A DNA stretch of 64,000 nucleotides from Candidatus Marinacidobacterium sp. (GTDB lineage: Bacteria > Acidobacteriota > Vicinamibacteria > Marinacidobacterales > Marinacidobacteraceae), in NCBI GenBank assembly GCA_965220965.1, contig OZ244852.1:2496001-2560000 (forward strand), read 5' to 3'. Positions 9,791 to 19,289 of this stretch are shown here, piece after piece. Made by a program: the position numbers and the translations under genes. The notes below the pieces were generated by a model. The model made no database searches and was not told the origin of the DNA. It saw only the letters and a list, made by a program, of their open reading frames with translations. Numbering within the stretch: the first letter of the stretch is position 1; each line of letters opens with the position of its first letter.

Positions 9791-11377
9791 TCAGTCGTTC
9801 GGGTCGGGGTCGCGGACCGTCGGGTACTCGATGCCGAGTTGCTCGAGGTAGGTGTCGTAGCGGTCCGGGTCGTAGTAGTAGGGGCGCAGCGCCTCGCGGA
9901 ACGCGCCCATCCGCTCCCGGTTCAGGTGGATCGCCGGGTCGTCGTTCGGTCCGAGGAGCGACGTGTAGGTGTGCTCCGCGGTCTGCTCGACGAAGTACTC
10001 CTTCGCCGCCGCGACGATCGTCGGGTCGAGGAAGAGGTCCATGAGCGTCATCGCGATGACGCGCGCGCCGGCGACGACTCCCTTGTGCGCGATCGGGGTC
10101 GCCATCGCGACCGCGTTGGCCCAGTGGTGTCCGGGGCCGCCAGGGATGTTCGACGGGTAGCGCAGGGTGACGGTCGGGACCTTCCACGAGATGTCCCCGA
10201 TGTCGTCGGAGAAGCCTCCCAGCCGGGGCTCCGGCGCCGGCCCGCCCATCTGCCCGAGCTCCATGGCGAGGCCGTTCTCGGCGACTCCGAGCTCCCGCTG
10301 CAGCCCCCGGGCGAGCGTCTGGTCGGCCTCGCTCCATTCGGGGAGACCCACCCGCTCGATGTTCGCCCACACGGTTTCCGCGACCGGTTTGTTGAAGTGC
10401 CGTGGGTAGGCGTGGCCCAGGATGCGCCAGGAGACCTCGGTCGAGGTCATCATCGCCGCCGCCGTGGCCATCGTGTTGCCGAGCTCGTAGAGCTCCTGCA
10501 TGTGCGGCTGGTCGATCTCCCGGAAGTAGTACCAGACCGACGCCTGGGAGGGCACCACGTTCGGCTGGTCCCCGCCGTTCGAGATCACGTAGTGCGAGCG
10601 GTGCGGCAGGCGCAGGTGTTCGCGCTTGTAGTTCCACCCGGTGTTCATGATCTCCACCGCGTCGAGCGCGCTGCGCCCGCGCCACGGCGCCCCCGCCGAA
10701 TGCGCCGACTCCCCCTCGAAGGTGTATTCGACGGACACCAGGCCGCTGCCGCGACCCGGCCCCCAGCTCACGCCGAAGTCGGAGGCCACGTGGGTGAAGA
10801 TGTTGATGTCGATGTCATCGAAGTAGCCGGCCCGGACGAACCACGCCTTCGTGGCGAGGAGTTCCTCGGCCACGCCGGGCCAGATCACGATCGTCCCTTG
10901 GATGCCTTCTCTCTCCATGACCTCCTTGGCCGCCAGCGCCCCCACGATGATCACCGCCTGCCCCGAGTTGTGCCCCTCGCCGTGGCCCGGAGCGCCCTCG
11001 ACCAGCGGGTCGAAGTAGGCGACGCCCGGCTTCTGGGACGCCTTCGGGATGCCGTCGACATCGCTGCCGAGCGCGATGACCGGTGATCCGGAGCCCCAGC
11101 GCGCCATCCACGCCGTCGGGATCCCGGCGATGCCTTCTTCGACCTCGAACCCGTTCTCCCGGAGCAGGTCGCCCAGGTAGCGGGCGGTCTCGAACTCCTG
11201 GAACCCGAGTTCGCCGAAGCTGAACAGCGAGTCCACGATCACCTGAGCGAGCTTGGCCCGCTCGGCGGCGCCCTGGTCCACGACCGGGCGCAGCGTCTCG
11301 AGGTTCTGTCCGGCGGCCGGGATGGCTACGAGCGCCATCGCCAGCGCGGCGACGGTCTTCGCAAGGGCGTGTGGCAT
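9791..11377 (-). CDS. M20 amidohydrolase (AbgB-like) with signal peptide
   Basis: ELGFQE, GIPTA, GHGEGHN, AEE, GRSALDAVE, GGDQPNVVP. Confidence 0.88.
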   Translation of the reverse strand: MPHALAKTVAALAMALVAIPAAGQNLETLRPVVDQGAAERAKLAQVIVDSLFSFGELGFQEFETARYLGDLLRENGFEVEEGIAGIPTAWMARWGSGSPVIALGSDVDGIPKASQKPGVAYFDPLVEGAPGHGEGHNSGQAVIIVGALAAKEVMEREGIQGTIVIWPGVAEELLATKAWFVRAGYFDDIDINIFTHVASDFGVSWGPGRGSGLVSVEYTFEGESAHSAGAPWRGRSALDAVEIMNTGWNYKREHLRLPHRSHYVISNGGDQPNVVPSQASVWYYFREIDQPHMQELYELGNTMATAAAMMTSTEVSWRILGHAYPRHFNKPVAETVWANIERVGLPEWSEADQTLARGLQRELGVAENGLAMELGQMGGPAPEPRLGGFSDDIGDISWKVPTVTLRYPSNIPGGPGHHWANAVAMATPIAHKGVVAGARVIAMTLMDLFLDPTIVAAAKEYFVEQTAEHTYTSLLGPNDDPAIHLNRERMGAFREALRPYYYDPDRYDTYLEQLGIEYPTVRDPDPND

Positions 11378-11409
11378 GCTGATTCTCCGGGAAGGGCGCG
11401 GCCTGGGCG

Positions 11410-12576
11410 TCAGCTCAGGGCGGCGCCAAATCGGTGGGCGAGGTCGTCGGCGTTCGCGCGGTTCCAGGTCTCGTTGACGCCGAGGAGGAACGCCCCGCCG
11501 GCGCGGGGCGCCCCGAGGTCCACGGCCTGGTCGGCAAGGCGCGCGCGGAACGCTTCGGGATCGGACGCTCCCACGCGCAGGCGGAACAGGTTCGTCCCGC
11601 TCGGGATCCGTTCGACTTCGAAAGCGCCCTCGCCGGTCAGCCGCTCGATGAATCCTTCGGACACGGCGACCGCCTTCGCGAACCGTTCCGTGAAGCCGGG
11701 CAGATGGTGGAGCGCGACCGCCGCGAAGGGCCAGGCGGCCGGGAGCCCGCCACCGAACATCCGGCGGGTGTGGAACATCCCGTCGAGAAGGGATCGGGGT
11801 CCCGCGAGAACCGCGCCCGAAGCGGCGTTGAAGTACTTGTAGAGCGACACGTAGACGGTGTCGAAGGGACGGGCGAGCTCGGCGACATCGACTCCGGTGC
11901 AGGCGCTCTCGAGGAACATGCGCGCGCCGTCGAGGTGGAGGCGGATGCCCTCGCGGCGGGCGTAGGCCGTGATCCGCTCGATCTCCGCCGGGTCGAAGAT
12001 CTCTCCCGACCGCCGCCGCACCGGCGACTCGATGGAGATCACCCGCACTGGGCGCGCGACGCGTCCTCCGGCGGTCCGCTCCACGACCTCCCGGACCTGT
12101 TCCAGCGTGAACGTGGCCGCTCCGGGAGCGAGCGGGATCAGCGGGATCGAGCTGAGCGTCTGGACGCAGTCGCCGGAGTCGTTGTAGAGGTGCGCCTCGG
12201 CCTGCACGATGGCGCGCCCTCCGCCGTGACCGGCGAGCGCGCGGACGGCGAGCTGGTTGGCCAGCGTCCCGGTCGGAAAGAAGACCGCCCGCTCCTTGCC
12301 GAGGAGCGCGGCGAACCCCTCTTCCAGTTCCTCGACGGTCCCGCCGTTCGAGTAGTTATCGCGCGAAATCCGTCCCTCGTCCGCGAGGCGAGTGAGCAGT
12401 CGTCCCTGCTCGGCCGGGGTGAGCCCCAGTCCGTCCCCGGTCATCCGCACCCGGACCGAGTCGGTGGCGGGGACGTAGGGAGCGTTCCCGCCCCACGCCA
12501 GCGCCGGCGCTGCGAGGCCGGCCCCGAGGCCCACCGGTCCCGTCCGAAAGAACTGTCGCCTTGAGATCCCGTGCAT
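11410..12576 (-). CDS. Threonine aldolase / beta-eliminating lyase family PLP enzyme with Tat signal
   Basis: SRRQFF signal; FPTGTLANQ, HLDGAR, SLYK PLP lysine. Confidence 0.85.
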   Translation of the reverse strand: MHGISRRQFFRTGPVGLGAGLAAPALAWGGNAPYVPATDSVRVRMTGDGLGLTPAEQGRLLTRLADEGRISRDNYSNGGTVEELEEGFAALLGKERAVFFPTGTLANQLAVRALAGHGGGRAIVQAEAHLYNDSGDCVQTLSSIPLIPLAPGAATFTLEQVREVVERTAGGRVARPVRVISIESPVRRRSGEIFDPAEIERITAYARREGIRLHLDGARMFLESACTGVDVAELARPFDTVYVSLYKYFNAASGAVLAGPRSLLDGMFHTRRMFGGGLPAAWPFAAVALHHLPGFTERFAKAVAVSEGFIERLTGEGAFEVERIPSGTNLFRLRVGASDPEAFRARLADQAVDLGAPRAGGAFLLGVNETWNRANADDLAHRFGAALS

Positions 12577-12832
12577 CGCGTCCTCCCGGTGAGACTCTAC
12601 CGGCCGCGGAGGCCGGGGTGTTCCGGCTGGGGATCCGTCAGCTTGGCGTTCGACGGGGGGAGGGCCCGCGAAGCCCTCGGGGGCGGATGCTTGACGTTTG
12701 AGGTCAGGAGGTGCCCAAATCGCACAGTCGCTGGATTCAGGCTACGCGGACGTGCCAATATACGACATGAACTGCTTCCAGCGCCCCGTGCGCGGGCGCT
12801 GGTCCCCCGCTAACCGCGAAAGGAGTCGCACA

Positions 12833-13057
12833 ATGGCCATCAGGGAAATCACGATCGACGGCGTTGGTCCGGCGTTCGAGGTGGACACCGAAGAGGAATT
12901 CGCGGCGGTCCTTGACACCGGCGCGCCTGTCGCCGCCCCCCGCGAGGTCATTGACGCCTTCGGTATCCCCGATCCGTCCGTAAGCCCGTTCCGCACCGCC
13001 GAGGAAGACATCTGGGAGAGCGAGAACGCCGCCGGGGCAGGCGAGAGGGAGACCTGA
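12833..13057 (+). CDS. Small acidic hypothetical protein (74 aa)
   Basis: AGGAG Shine-Dalgarno at 12821 ahead of ATG 12833; codon usage like neighbouring genes. Confidence 0.6.
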   Translation: MAIREITIDGVGPAFEVDTEEEFAAVLDTGAPVAAPREVIDAFGIPDPSVSPFRTAEEDIWESENAAGAGERET

Positions 13058-13288
13058 CCCAGGGGCCCGGGCCCTTCCGGCGCCACGAGAAAACCACATG
13101 GCAGTCGCCAGGACCAACATTTCCGGCCGGGATCGCGTCGCTGACTGCGGCGAGCAACTCCCTGTCAGGATCCTCAGACAGGTCGAGTCGGGCGAACCGC
13201 CATGGCGGCCCGGAGATCAGGCGAGCAACTCGTCCGCCGACGCCCGTTCACCGGCCACCGCCGCACCGGCGGCGCGCCAGCCAGCGTA

Positions 13289-14668
13289 ATGACGACGGCT
13301 GGCGAACTCGGCCGTCGACTGAAGCAGGCTCGCGAGGCGAGCCGTCTTCGACAGGAGGATGTGGCGGGTCGACTGGGCATCCCGCGATCCTCGGTGGCCC
13401 GGATCGAGTCCGGGAAGCGGTCCGTCTCCGGCCTCGAGCTGGAACGGATGGCGCACCTCTACGGACGCGACATGCGGGACTTCTTCGCGGAGACGTTCTC
13501 CGGCGAAGACACTGTGGCGGGATTCTTGTGCCGGGCGCTCCCGGACGGGCTGGCGAGTGACGATCCACCGAGCCGGGGCCCCCCGGACGGTCTGGCGCGT
13601 TATGCGCCACCGAGCCCGGCGCTCCCGGACGGGCTGGCGAGTGACGATCCACCGAGCCCGACGTTCGCGGACGGGCTGGCGCGTGACGATCCACTGCGCC
13701 CGGCGCTCCGGGACGGTCAGGCGCTCGTCCAGGCCATCGCGGACATCGAGGAGGCCCTCGGTCTGGACCGCGACGCTGCGTCGGGTGTCCGCTATCCGAG
13801 GCCCCGCCCGAAGACGGAACGGGAGGCGGTGTGGCAGGGAGAGTCCGTCGCTCACGAGGAGCGCAAGCGACTGGCGCTCGGAGAAAACCCCTTGCCGGAC
13901 CTTGTGGAGCTGCTCGGGGCCCAAGGAGTGCTGGTGGTCGCCCGCGAGCTCCCGATGGACCTTTCCCGGCTGACCCTCGACCTTCCTCCGGTGATCCTTG
14001 TCAACAGCGACCAGTCTCCGACCGGGATGCGCTTCGTCTGTGCTCTCGAGTACGCCCATGTCCTGCTGGGGTGGGAGGAGCCGGGTGGGCCTGGCTGGAA
14101 GGAAGACTACGAGGATCTGACCGAAGTGAGGGCCAACGCCTTCGTCGCCAGTTTCCTGATGCCGCCGGAGGGCGTCGCCAGCTTCATGCGCCGCCTGGCC
14201 AAGGGCTGGAACAGCCGGGAAGGGATCGACCCCTACGGGGAGTCTCCGGCGACGGTGACCCGCGCTGAAGGAAGCCCGCCTCCTCGCAGTCAGGAGGTCC
14301 AGATCTACGACGTGGCGCTTCTCGCGCACCACTTCGGCGTCAGCCGGACGGCGGCGATCGACCGCCTGCAGAGTCTCGGGATCATCCGAGCGAAGGATCT
14401 GGAGCGCCTACTCCAGCGCGAGACCAAAGACGGGAGCAGGGTGGCGGAGGCCCTCGGCCTCGAGCCTGCGAACGGCCCCGCACCGGAGGCGCTCGGGCGG
14501 CGGTTCCTCTGCCTCGGGATCGAGGCGCTCCGCCGGGAGAAGATCAGTCGGCGGAAGTTGACGGAACTCGCCGCTCTGCTCGGGACGAGCGACGAGACGC
14601 TCGAGAGGATCCTCGTCGCCGTCGGGCTCGAGCGCCCGCCGGTGGACGTGACGCCTTCATCGCCCTGA
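13289..14668 (+). CDS. XRE-family HTH fused to an ImmA/IrrE-type metallopeptidase domain (degenerate active site)
   Basis: LGRRLKQAREASRLRQEDVAGRLGIPRSSVARIESGKR HTH; ILVNS..RFVCALEYAH (normally RFTxAHExxH); EVRANAFVASFLMP; AHHFGVS. Confidence 0.85.
   Translation: MTTAGELGRRLKQAREASRLRQEDVAGRLGIPRSSVARIESGKRSVSGLELERMAHLYGRDMRDFFAETFSGEDTVAGFLCRALPDGLASDDPPSRGPPDGLARYAPPSPALPDGLASDDPPSPTFADGLARDDPLRPALRDGQALVQAIADIEEALGLDRDAASGVRYPRPRPKTEREAVWQGESVAHEERKRLALGENPLPDLVELLGAQGVLVVARELPMDLSRLTLDLPPVILVNSDQSPTGMRFVCALEYAHVLLGWEEPGGPGWKEDYEDLTEVRANAFVASFLMPPEGVASFMRRLAKGWNSREGIDPYGESPATVTRAEGSPPPRSQEVQIYDVALLAHHFGVSRTAAIDRLQSLGIIRAKDLERLLQRETKDGSRVAEALGLEPANGPAPEALGRRFLCLGIEALRREKISRRKLTELAALLGTSDETLERILVAVGLERPPVDVTPSSP
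13535..13717 (+). repeat. In-frame 42-bp tandem repeat, about 4.4 copies
   Basis: Units translate as ALPDGLASDDPPSR / GPPDGLARYAPPSP / ALPDGLASDDPPSP / TFADGLARDDPLRP / ALRDG. Confidence 0.9.
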
Positions 14669-14775
14669 TGCCCGGCGCCAAGCGAGCGGCTTGGGGCTGT
14701 CGCTGAGATCCGGGTCGCGCGGTTCGCCACGGCCGCCCCGCCTGGCTCAGAAACTCCGGCCCAGAAAACCCCGGC

Positions 14776-16986
14776 TCAGAACGTCCGGAGCCAGGTCAGC
14801 TTGACCACTCCGGTGCGGCGGGTCCAGCGTTCGATTCGCGGGTCGAGATCGCCGTCGGTCAGGTAGCCGGTGTCCAGGACAACGAAAAGATCGCTGCCGG
14901 GGGTGTGGATCCAGTCCACCCGGATGTTCGCCTGGAGCTCGCGGGAGAAGTCGTCCCACTGGATCAGGGCGGCGGCGAAGAGCTTCCGGCTGACTGCGCC
15001 CTCGATGTTCAGCCCGACGAGCGTCGCGGTGAAGTCTCCGTTCGCGACAGGCAGCGAGACCTCGCTCCGGTCCACCTGCGCCCCCACGGTGAGGTGCGGT
15101 CCGGCATTCAGGCTGAAGCCGCCCCGGAGCGCGTTCCGCTCGCCCCCCCAGAACCCGCCGCCGGACGCCGAGGCGGAGACCGAGAAGACCCGGCTGTCGT
15201 TCGTGCGGCCCCCCGCCTCCCACGAGCGGAACTCGTAGTCGCCAGCGGGCAGGAGCCTCCCGCTGATCGCGGCCGGTTCGTAGAGCCGCTCGAAGCGGTC
15301 TTCCGCGGTCAGGAACAGCGAGTCGCCCGACTCGAAGGAGAACTGCGCATTCGCATCGAACGTCTCCGACTGGAGTTCACCGCTGGTTCCCCGGATCCGG
15401 GAGCCCCCGCCCCAGAGCGAGAACTGGCGCGCCCAGCCGCTCGATTCGAACCGCGGCTGGAACCCGCCCCACAGCGACCAGCGGTCCATGTCGCGCCGCC
15501 GGGAGAACCCGAGCGCCGGGTCGAAGTCCTTCCCCACGACCATGCGGCTGAGGCTCATTCCGTAGCGGTCGTTCTGGAGGTCGAGCTCCACCTCGCCGGC
15601 GCCGGCGCCCCAGCCGGCGTCCCCTGCTTCCCCCTCAGCCGGGGACTCCTGGAGGCGGGCCCCCCAGATGCGGAGCGCCGAGCTGCTCCAGAAGCGAGCG
15701 TTCAGATCCGCGCCGGCGGCCCGCCCCGATGCGCCATTTCCGTGGTCGAGACTGGTGGCGATGACTCCGGCGGTCGCTCGTTCTGTCAGGTTCATCTGGA
15801 CCCGAGCCACCGAATTCCACGCCGGCGGCGCGTCGTCGGCGCCTCCGGCGGTCCGGAGCGCGAGCGCGCCCACCGAAAAACGCCCCACCTGCCCGGTGAG
15901 TCGTCCGCCCCCCTGGATGTCGCTCTCGAGGCCGACCCGGCGACTGAAGAAGACCTCGGTTTCCCCGGGTTTGCCGAACTGGAAGAGCCCGGCGCGCTCG
16001 AGGAAGAACTCGCGCTTCTCCGGGTAGAAGAGGTTGAAGCGGGTCAGGTTGATCTGGACGTTGTCGCTCTCGACCTGCGCGAAGTCGGTGTTCCAGGTGA
16101 GGTCGAGCGTCAGGTTCGGGGTGATCCCGTACTTCAGGTCGGCCCCGCCGGTCGTCGTCCCGCTGAACGCGGAATCTCCGGAGAACCGCTGCGTTCCGAC
16201 GAGCCCGTAGGGCCGGATCTCGACGCGGCGGCCACGGCGGATGTTGCGGAGGCCTCGGAGCTCGGCGAACTGCGAGACCTGCGCGATGCCCGAGCGGTAG
16301 TCCTGGCCGATGTGCGGCCACAGGACCGTTTCGTTCTTCCGGCGAATCGAGCGCGAGAAGGCGATCCCCATGACGAGCGACTCCTCGTCGGGGAACCGGA
16401 TCGTGGTGAACGGGATCCTCATTTCGAGGACCCAGCCCTCCGGCGTGAGCCGGGTCTCGGTCGTGAACACCCCGTCCCAGTTCCAGTCCTCGCGGTCGAG
16501 CCGCTCGTCGGCGAGCAGCGCGTCATCCTGGGTTCCCAGCGCCCCGACCTCGAAGATGTAGGCGTTGCGCCGGTCGTGGTAGGTGTCGAGCGCGATGATG
16601 ACCCGGTCGTCCTTGTCGATCCGTCCGCCCCGGTGAAGGATGCTGCGGCGGATCCGGTCGGGCTCCGAGTCGAAGAACTTGAACCCGAAGTAGAGCGCCT
16701 GCTCATCAAAGGCGATGCGGACCTCGGTCCGCTCGCTGGCGGGCGCGCCGTCCACCGGATCCCGCTGGCGGAAACCGGTCACCGGTGGGATCCGCTCCCA
16801 GAACGGCTCGTCGAGCACGCCGTCCATCCGGGGCGGCGTCTCGATGCGGACAGCCTGGGCGACCGGCCGGTCCGCATCCTGGCCCGCTGCGGTGGCGGCC
16901 GCCGCGAAGCTGGCCACAAGCGCAGCCCCGGCGGCCCACCGCCGGAAGGAGCGCGTCGCGCCCGGAACTCGTCGCCGCGTCACCAT
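14776..16986 (-). CDS. CBM9-like / DUF5916 family outer-membrane protein
   Basis: PRMDGVLDEPFW, DTYHDRRNAYIF, LTWNTDFAQVESD, FYPEKREFFLE; C-terminal Phe of a beta-barrel. Confidence 0.82.
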   Translation of the reverse strand: MVTRRRVPGATRSFRRWAAGAALVASFAAAATAAGQDADRPVAQAVRIETPPRMDGVLDEPFWERIPPVTGFRQRDPVDGAPASERTEVRIAFDEQALYFGFKFFDSEPDRIRRSILHRGGRIDKDDRVIIALDTYHDRRNAYIFEVGALGTQDDALLADERLDREDWNWDGVFTTETRLTPEGWVLEMRIPFTTIRFPDEESLVMGIAFSRSIRRKNETVLWPHIGQDYRSGIAQVSQFAELRGLRNIRRGRRVEIRPYGLVGTQRFSGDSAFSGTTTGGADLKYGITPNLTLDLTWNTDFAQVESDNVQINLTRFNLFYPEKREFFLERAGLFQFGKPGETEVFFSRRVGLESDIQGGGRLTGQVGRFSVGALALRTAGGADDAPPAWNSVARVQMNLTERATAGVIATSLDHGNGASGRAAGADLNARFWSSSALRIWGARLQESPAEGEAGDAGWGAGAGEVELDLQNDRYGMSLSRMVVGKDFDPALGFSRRRDMDRWSLWGGFQPRFESSGWARQFSLWGGGSRIRGTSGELQSETFDANAQFSFESGDSLFLTAEDRFERLYEPAAISGRLLPAGDYEFRSWEAGGRTNDSRVFSVSASASGGGFWGGERNALRGGFSLNAGPHLTVGAQVDRSEVSLPVANGDFTATLVGLNIEGAVSRKLFAAALIQWDDFSRELQANIRVDWIHTPGSDLFVVLDTGYLTDGDLDPRIERWTRRTGVVKLTWLRTF

Positions 16987-17102
16987 TGCCGCGCGAAGGG
17001 TAGCGGGGGCGGCGCCGGCCTCTTCCTCGATGAATCGTGGCCCCCGGATTGCCTTCCGCGTTTCGAGCCGCGCCCGCCTGCGCGGCGAAAGGAAAACCGA
17101 CC

Positions 17103-18452
17103 ATGAAGGTCATCCGCCACATCCAACCGACGGGAGCCGATCCCGCTCCGCCGTCCCGCAGCCGCGTCCAGGGGTTCGGGTTCCTGATGGGCCTCATCGT
17201 CGCGCTGGCGTCGCTCGGCTGCGCCGGGAGCGAAGACACCGCCGCAGCTCCGACGGCGCCCTCCGATCCGACGGGCCCGTCGGCGCCCACGGACCCCACG
17301 GGACCCTTTGGCGTGGACGCCGGCTACGGCCGGCTCGTCCTGCCCGGCCAGTCGGTTCGCCTGCGGGCGACGGTTGCGGGAGGATCGGCTGCGTCCCTCG
17401 CGTGGACGCGGCTCGATGACGGCCCGGACGCGCCCATCACCGACGGCGGCGCGCTCGAGCCGACCGTTCTTCTCCCCACCGACCTGTCTTACGTGTTCCG
17501 CTTCGAGGTGACCGCGGTCTCGGCGGCCGGGGAGGAGGTGAAGGACACGACGTGGATCGAAAGCCGGCGACCGGGCGCTGCGGACCCGGACGATCTGACG
17601 GCGCTTGCGGACTTTTCGGCGCGGACCGGATGGGCGTGCGACCAGGATCCGGTCGCGGCGCCGGAAGTTGAGATCCAGGAGCTGACGGAGACGATCGCGT
17701 TCACCTCGAACGGGATTCCGCCTCACGCGACCGGGACGTTCCCCAACCCGGGCAACCCGAACCCGATCGCGGCGGGCCCCCTCGAGACGTGGCGGGTTCC
17801 GAGAACCCCGGTCAAAACCGCCGTCGCCACCGAGATGGCGGAGTTTGGCGTGACGCTCGCCGGCATCAAGCTCGACCGCGACACCGGGGAGAGCTACCAG
17901 AACCAGCGCCGCTGGAACTACGAGGCGCTGACTCCGGGGATGGCGCTCGAGCTCACCGGGGGCGCGCGTCACTCCTGGCTGGGCAGCGACTGCAACAACG
18001 CCCACGTCCAGCCGGGCGGCGCCTACCACTACCACGGGCCGCCGGCGGCCTACGCCCGCGAGCTCGCCGGTGGTGGGGAGTTCGAGGACATGGTCCTGCT
18101 CGGCTACGCCGCGGACGGTTTCCCCTTCTACTACCTGTACGGCTACGAGGATCCAATGGATCCAGAGAGCGGGCTCGTGGCGCTCGAAGCGAGCTGGGGC
18201 CTGCGCGAAGGGCTGCGCGACAGCGATCCGGGGGGCCCCTACGACGGCAGCTTCCGGGAGGACTGGGTCCACATACCCGGGTCCGGCGATCTGGACGAGT
18301 GCGGCGGCCGGTTCGGAGTCACCCCGGAGTTCCCCGAGGGCGCGTACCACTACTACCTGACGCTCGACTATCCCTACGTGCCGCGGTGCGTCTTCGGGAC
18401 GCCGGACCCCTCGTTCCGTCGCCGCGGCCCGGGTGGCCCGCCTCCGGGATAG
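17103..18452 (+). CDS. YHYH domain lipoprotein
   Basis: SLGC lipobox, P/T/D-rich linker, NGIPPH, NAHVQPGGAYHYHG, GYAADGFP, DLDECGG, YHYY. Start is uncertain. Confidence 0.85.
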   Translation: MKVIRHIQPTGADPAPPSRSRVQGFGFLMGLIVALASLGCAGSEDTAAAPTAPSDPTGPSAPTDPTGPFGVDAGYGRLVLPGQSVRLRATVAGGSAASLAWTRLDDGPDAPITDGGALEPTVLLPTDLSYVFRFEVTAVSAAGEEVKDTTWIESRRPGAADPDDLTALADFSARTGWACDQDPVAAPEVEIQELTETIAFTSNGIPPHATGTFPNPGNPNPIAAGPLETWRVPRTPVKTAVATEMAEFGVTLAGIKLDRDTGESYQNQRRWNYEALTPGMALELTGGARHSWLGSDCNNAHVQPGGAYHYHGPPAAYARELAGGGEFEDMVLLGYAADGFPFYYLYGYEDPMDPESGLVALEASWGLREGLRDSDPGGPYDGSFREDWVHIPGSGDLDECGGRFGVTPEFPEGAYHYYLTLDYPYVPRCVFGTPDPSFRRRGPGGPPPG

Positions 18453-18484
18453 GCGCCGACTCGCGAGGCTCGTAGAGTCGCGCC

Positions 18485-19171
18485 ATGGTCATCTACTGTG
18501 CGGACATCGGGTCGATCCAAGGCAAGAAATTCGGTTGGGCGAGGCTCTCTCCGACATCCGATGGGCAGGAAGAAAGCAAGGAACAGGGGACGTGCATCGA
18601 AGCTCTTGCGGGTCGTGTGGCCGAGGATCTCCGGAAGGGCCGACGCGTGGCGCTCGGCTTCGAGTGCCCGCTGTGGGTGCCCGTGGCCCGCAACTGCGAT
18701 CCAGACTCTTTGACCAAGGGCCGATGCGGAGACAAGAATCGCCCTTGGTCGGCGGCGGCGGGAGCGACTTCGCTGGCGACGGGACTGACGGAGGTCACCT
18801 GGGTCCTGAATCGGGTTCGTGAGTGTCTGGGTAACACATCAACGGAGGTCAAGCCCTTCCTCTGCTGGGAGTGCTTCTGGCAGGAGGAGCGGGGGCTGTT
18901 CCTCTGGGAGGCGATGGTGACCGGCAAGGCCAAAGCCACGGAGCAAGTCGGCAAGCTGACTCTGCATCAGCAGGACGCCTGGACGGCCGTCTGTGCTTTC
19001 GCCGAGGCTGGACGCGAACTCGCAACCGACGTGCACCCCTCCGAGCGCACGCTTTCGCTCATCGGCGCCGCTCTGCTCTGGTCCGACTGGTCGGAGAATG
19101 TGAACCTTCTGCGCGAACCCTGCGTCGTCGTGCGCCCCGAGCGCAAATGCTCGCAAGAGGGCGCGGGCTGA
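18485..19171 (+). CDS. Hypothetical protein, possible RNase H-fold nuclease (DUF429-like)
   Basis: N-terminal beta strand YCADIG, VALGFECPLWVP, LWEA and HQQDAW acidic motifs; codon usage differs from neighbours. Confidence 0.55.
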   Translation: MVIYCADIGSIQGKKFGWARLSPTSDGQEESKEQGTCIEALAGRVAEDLRKGRRVALGFECPLWVPVARNCDPDSLTKGRCGDKNRPWSAAAGATSLATGLTEVTWVLNRVRECLGNTSTEVKPFLCWECFWQEERGLFLWEAMVTGKAKATEQVGKLTLHQQDAWTAVCAFAEAGRELATDVHPSERTLSLIGAALLWSDWSENVNLLREPCVVVRPERKCSQEGAG

Positions 19172-19188
19172 ACGACCGCGACCGATCT

Positions 19189-19242
19189 TTGACATCTTCT
19201 TTGGCGCCCTGGCTGACCATCCTGTCGCCGGCGCAAGACGGG
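19189..19242. repeat. 54-bp direct repeat, copy 1
   Basis: TTGACATCTTCTTTGGCGCCCTGGCTGACCATCCTGTCGCCGGCGCAAGACGGG; 49/54 identical to 19932-19985. Confidence 0.85.
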
Positions 19243-19289
19243 TTCTGGGGGCGGCAACGGCGCCCCGTCCCGCGGCCGATACTTTCGGC

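Noticed and set aside
13535-13717. Possible CRISPR array
   Set aside because: The units are contiguous in-frame tandem repeats without unique spacers, and no cas genes are present.
14745-14795. Short triplicated CAGAA..CCGG motif at the end of the DUF5916-like gene
   Set aside because: Too short and degenerate; probably local slippage duplication.
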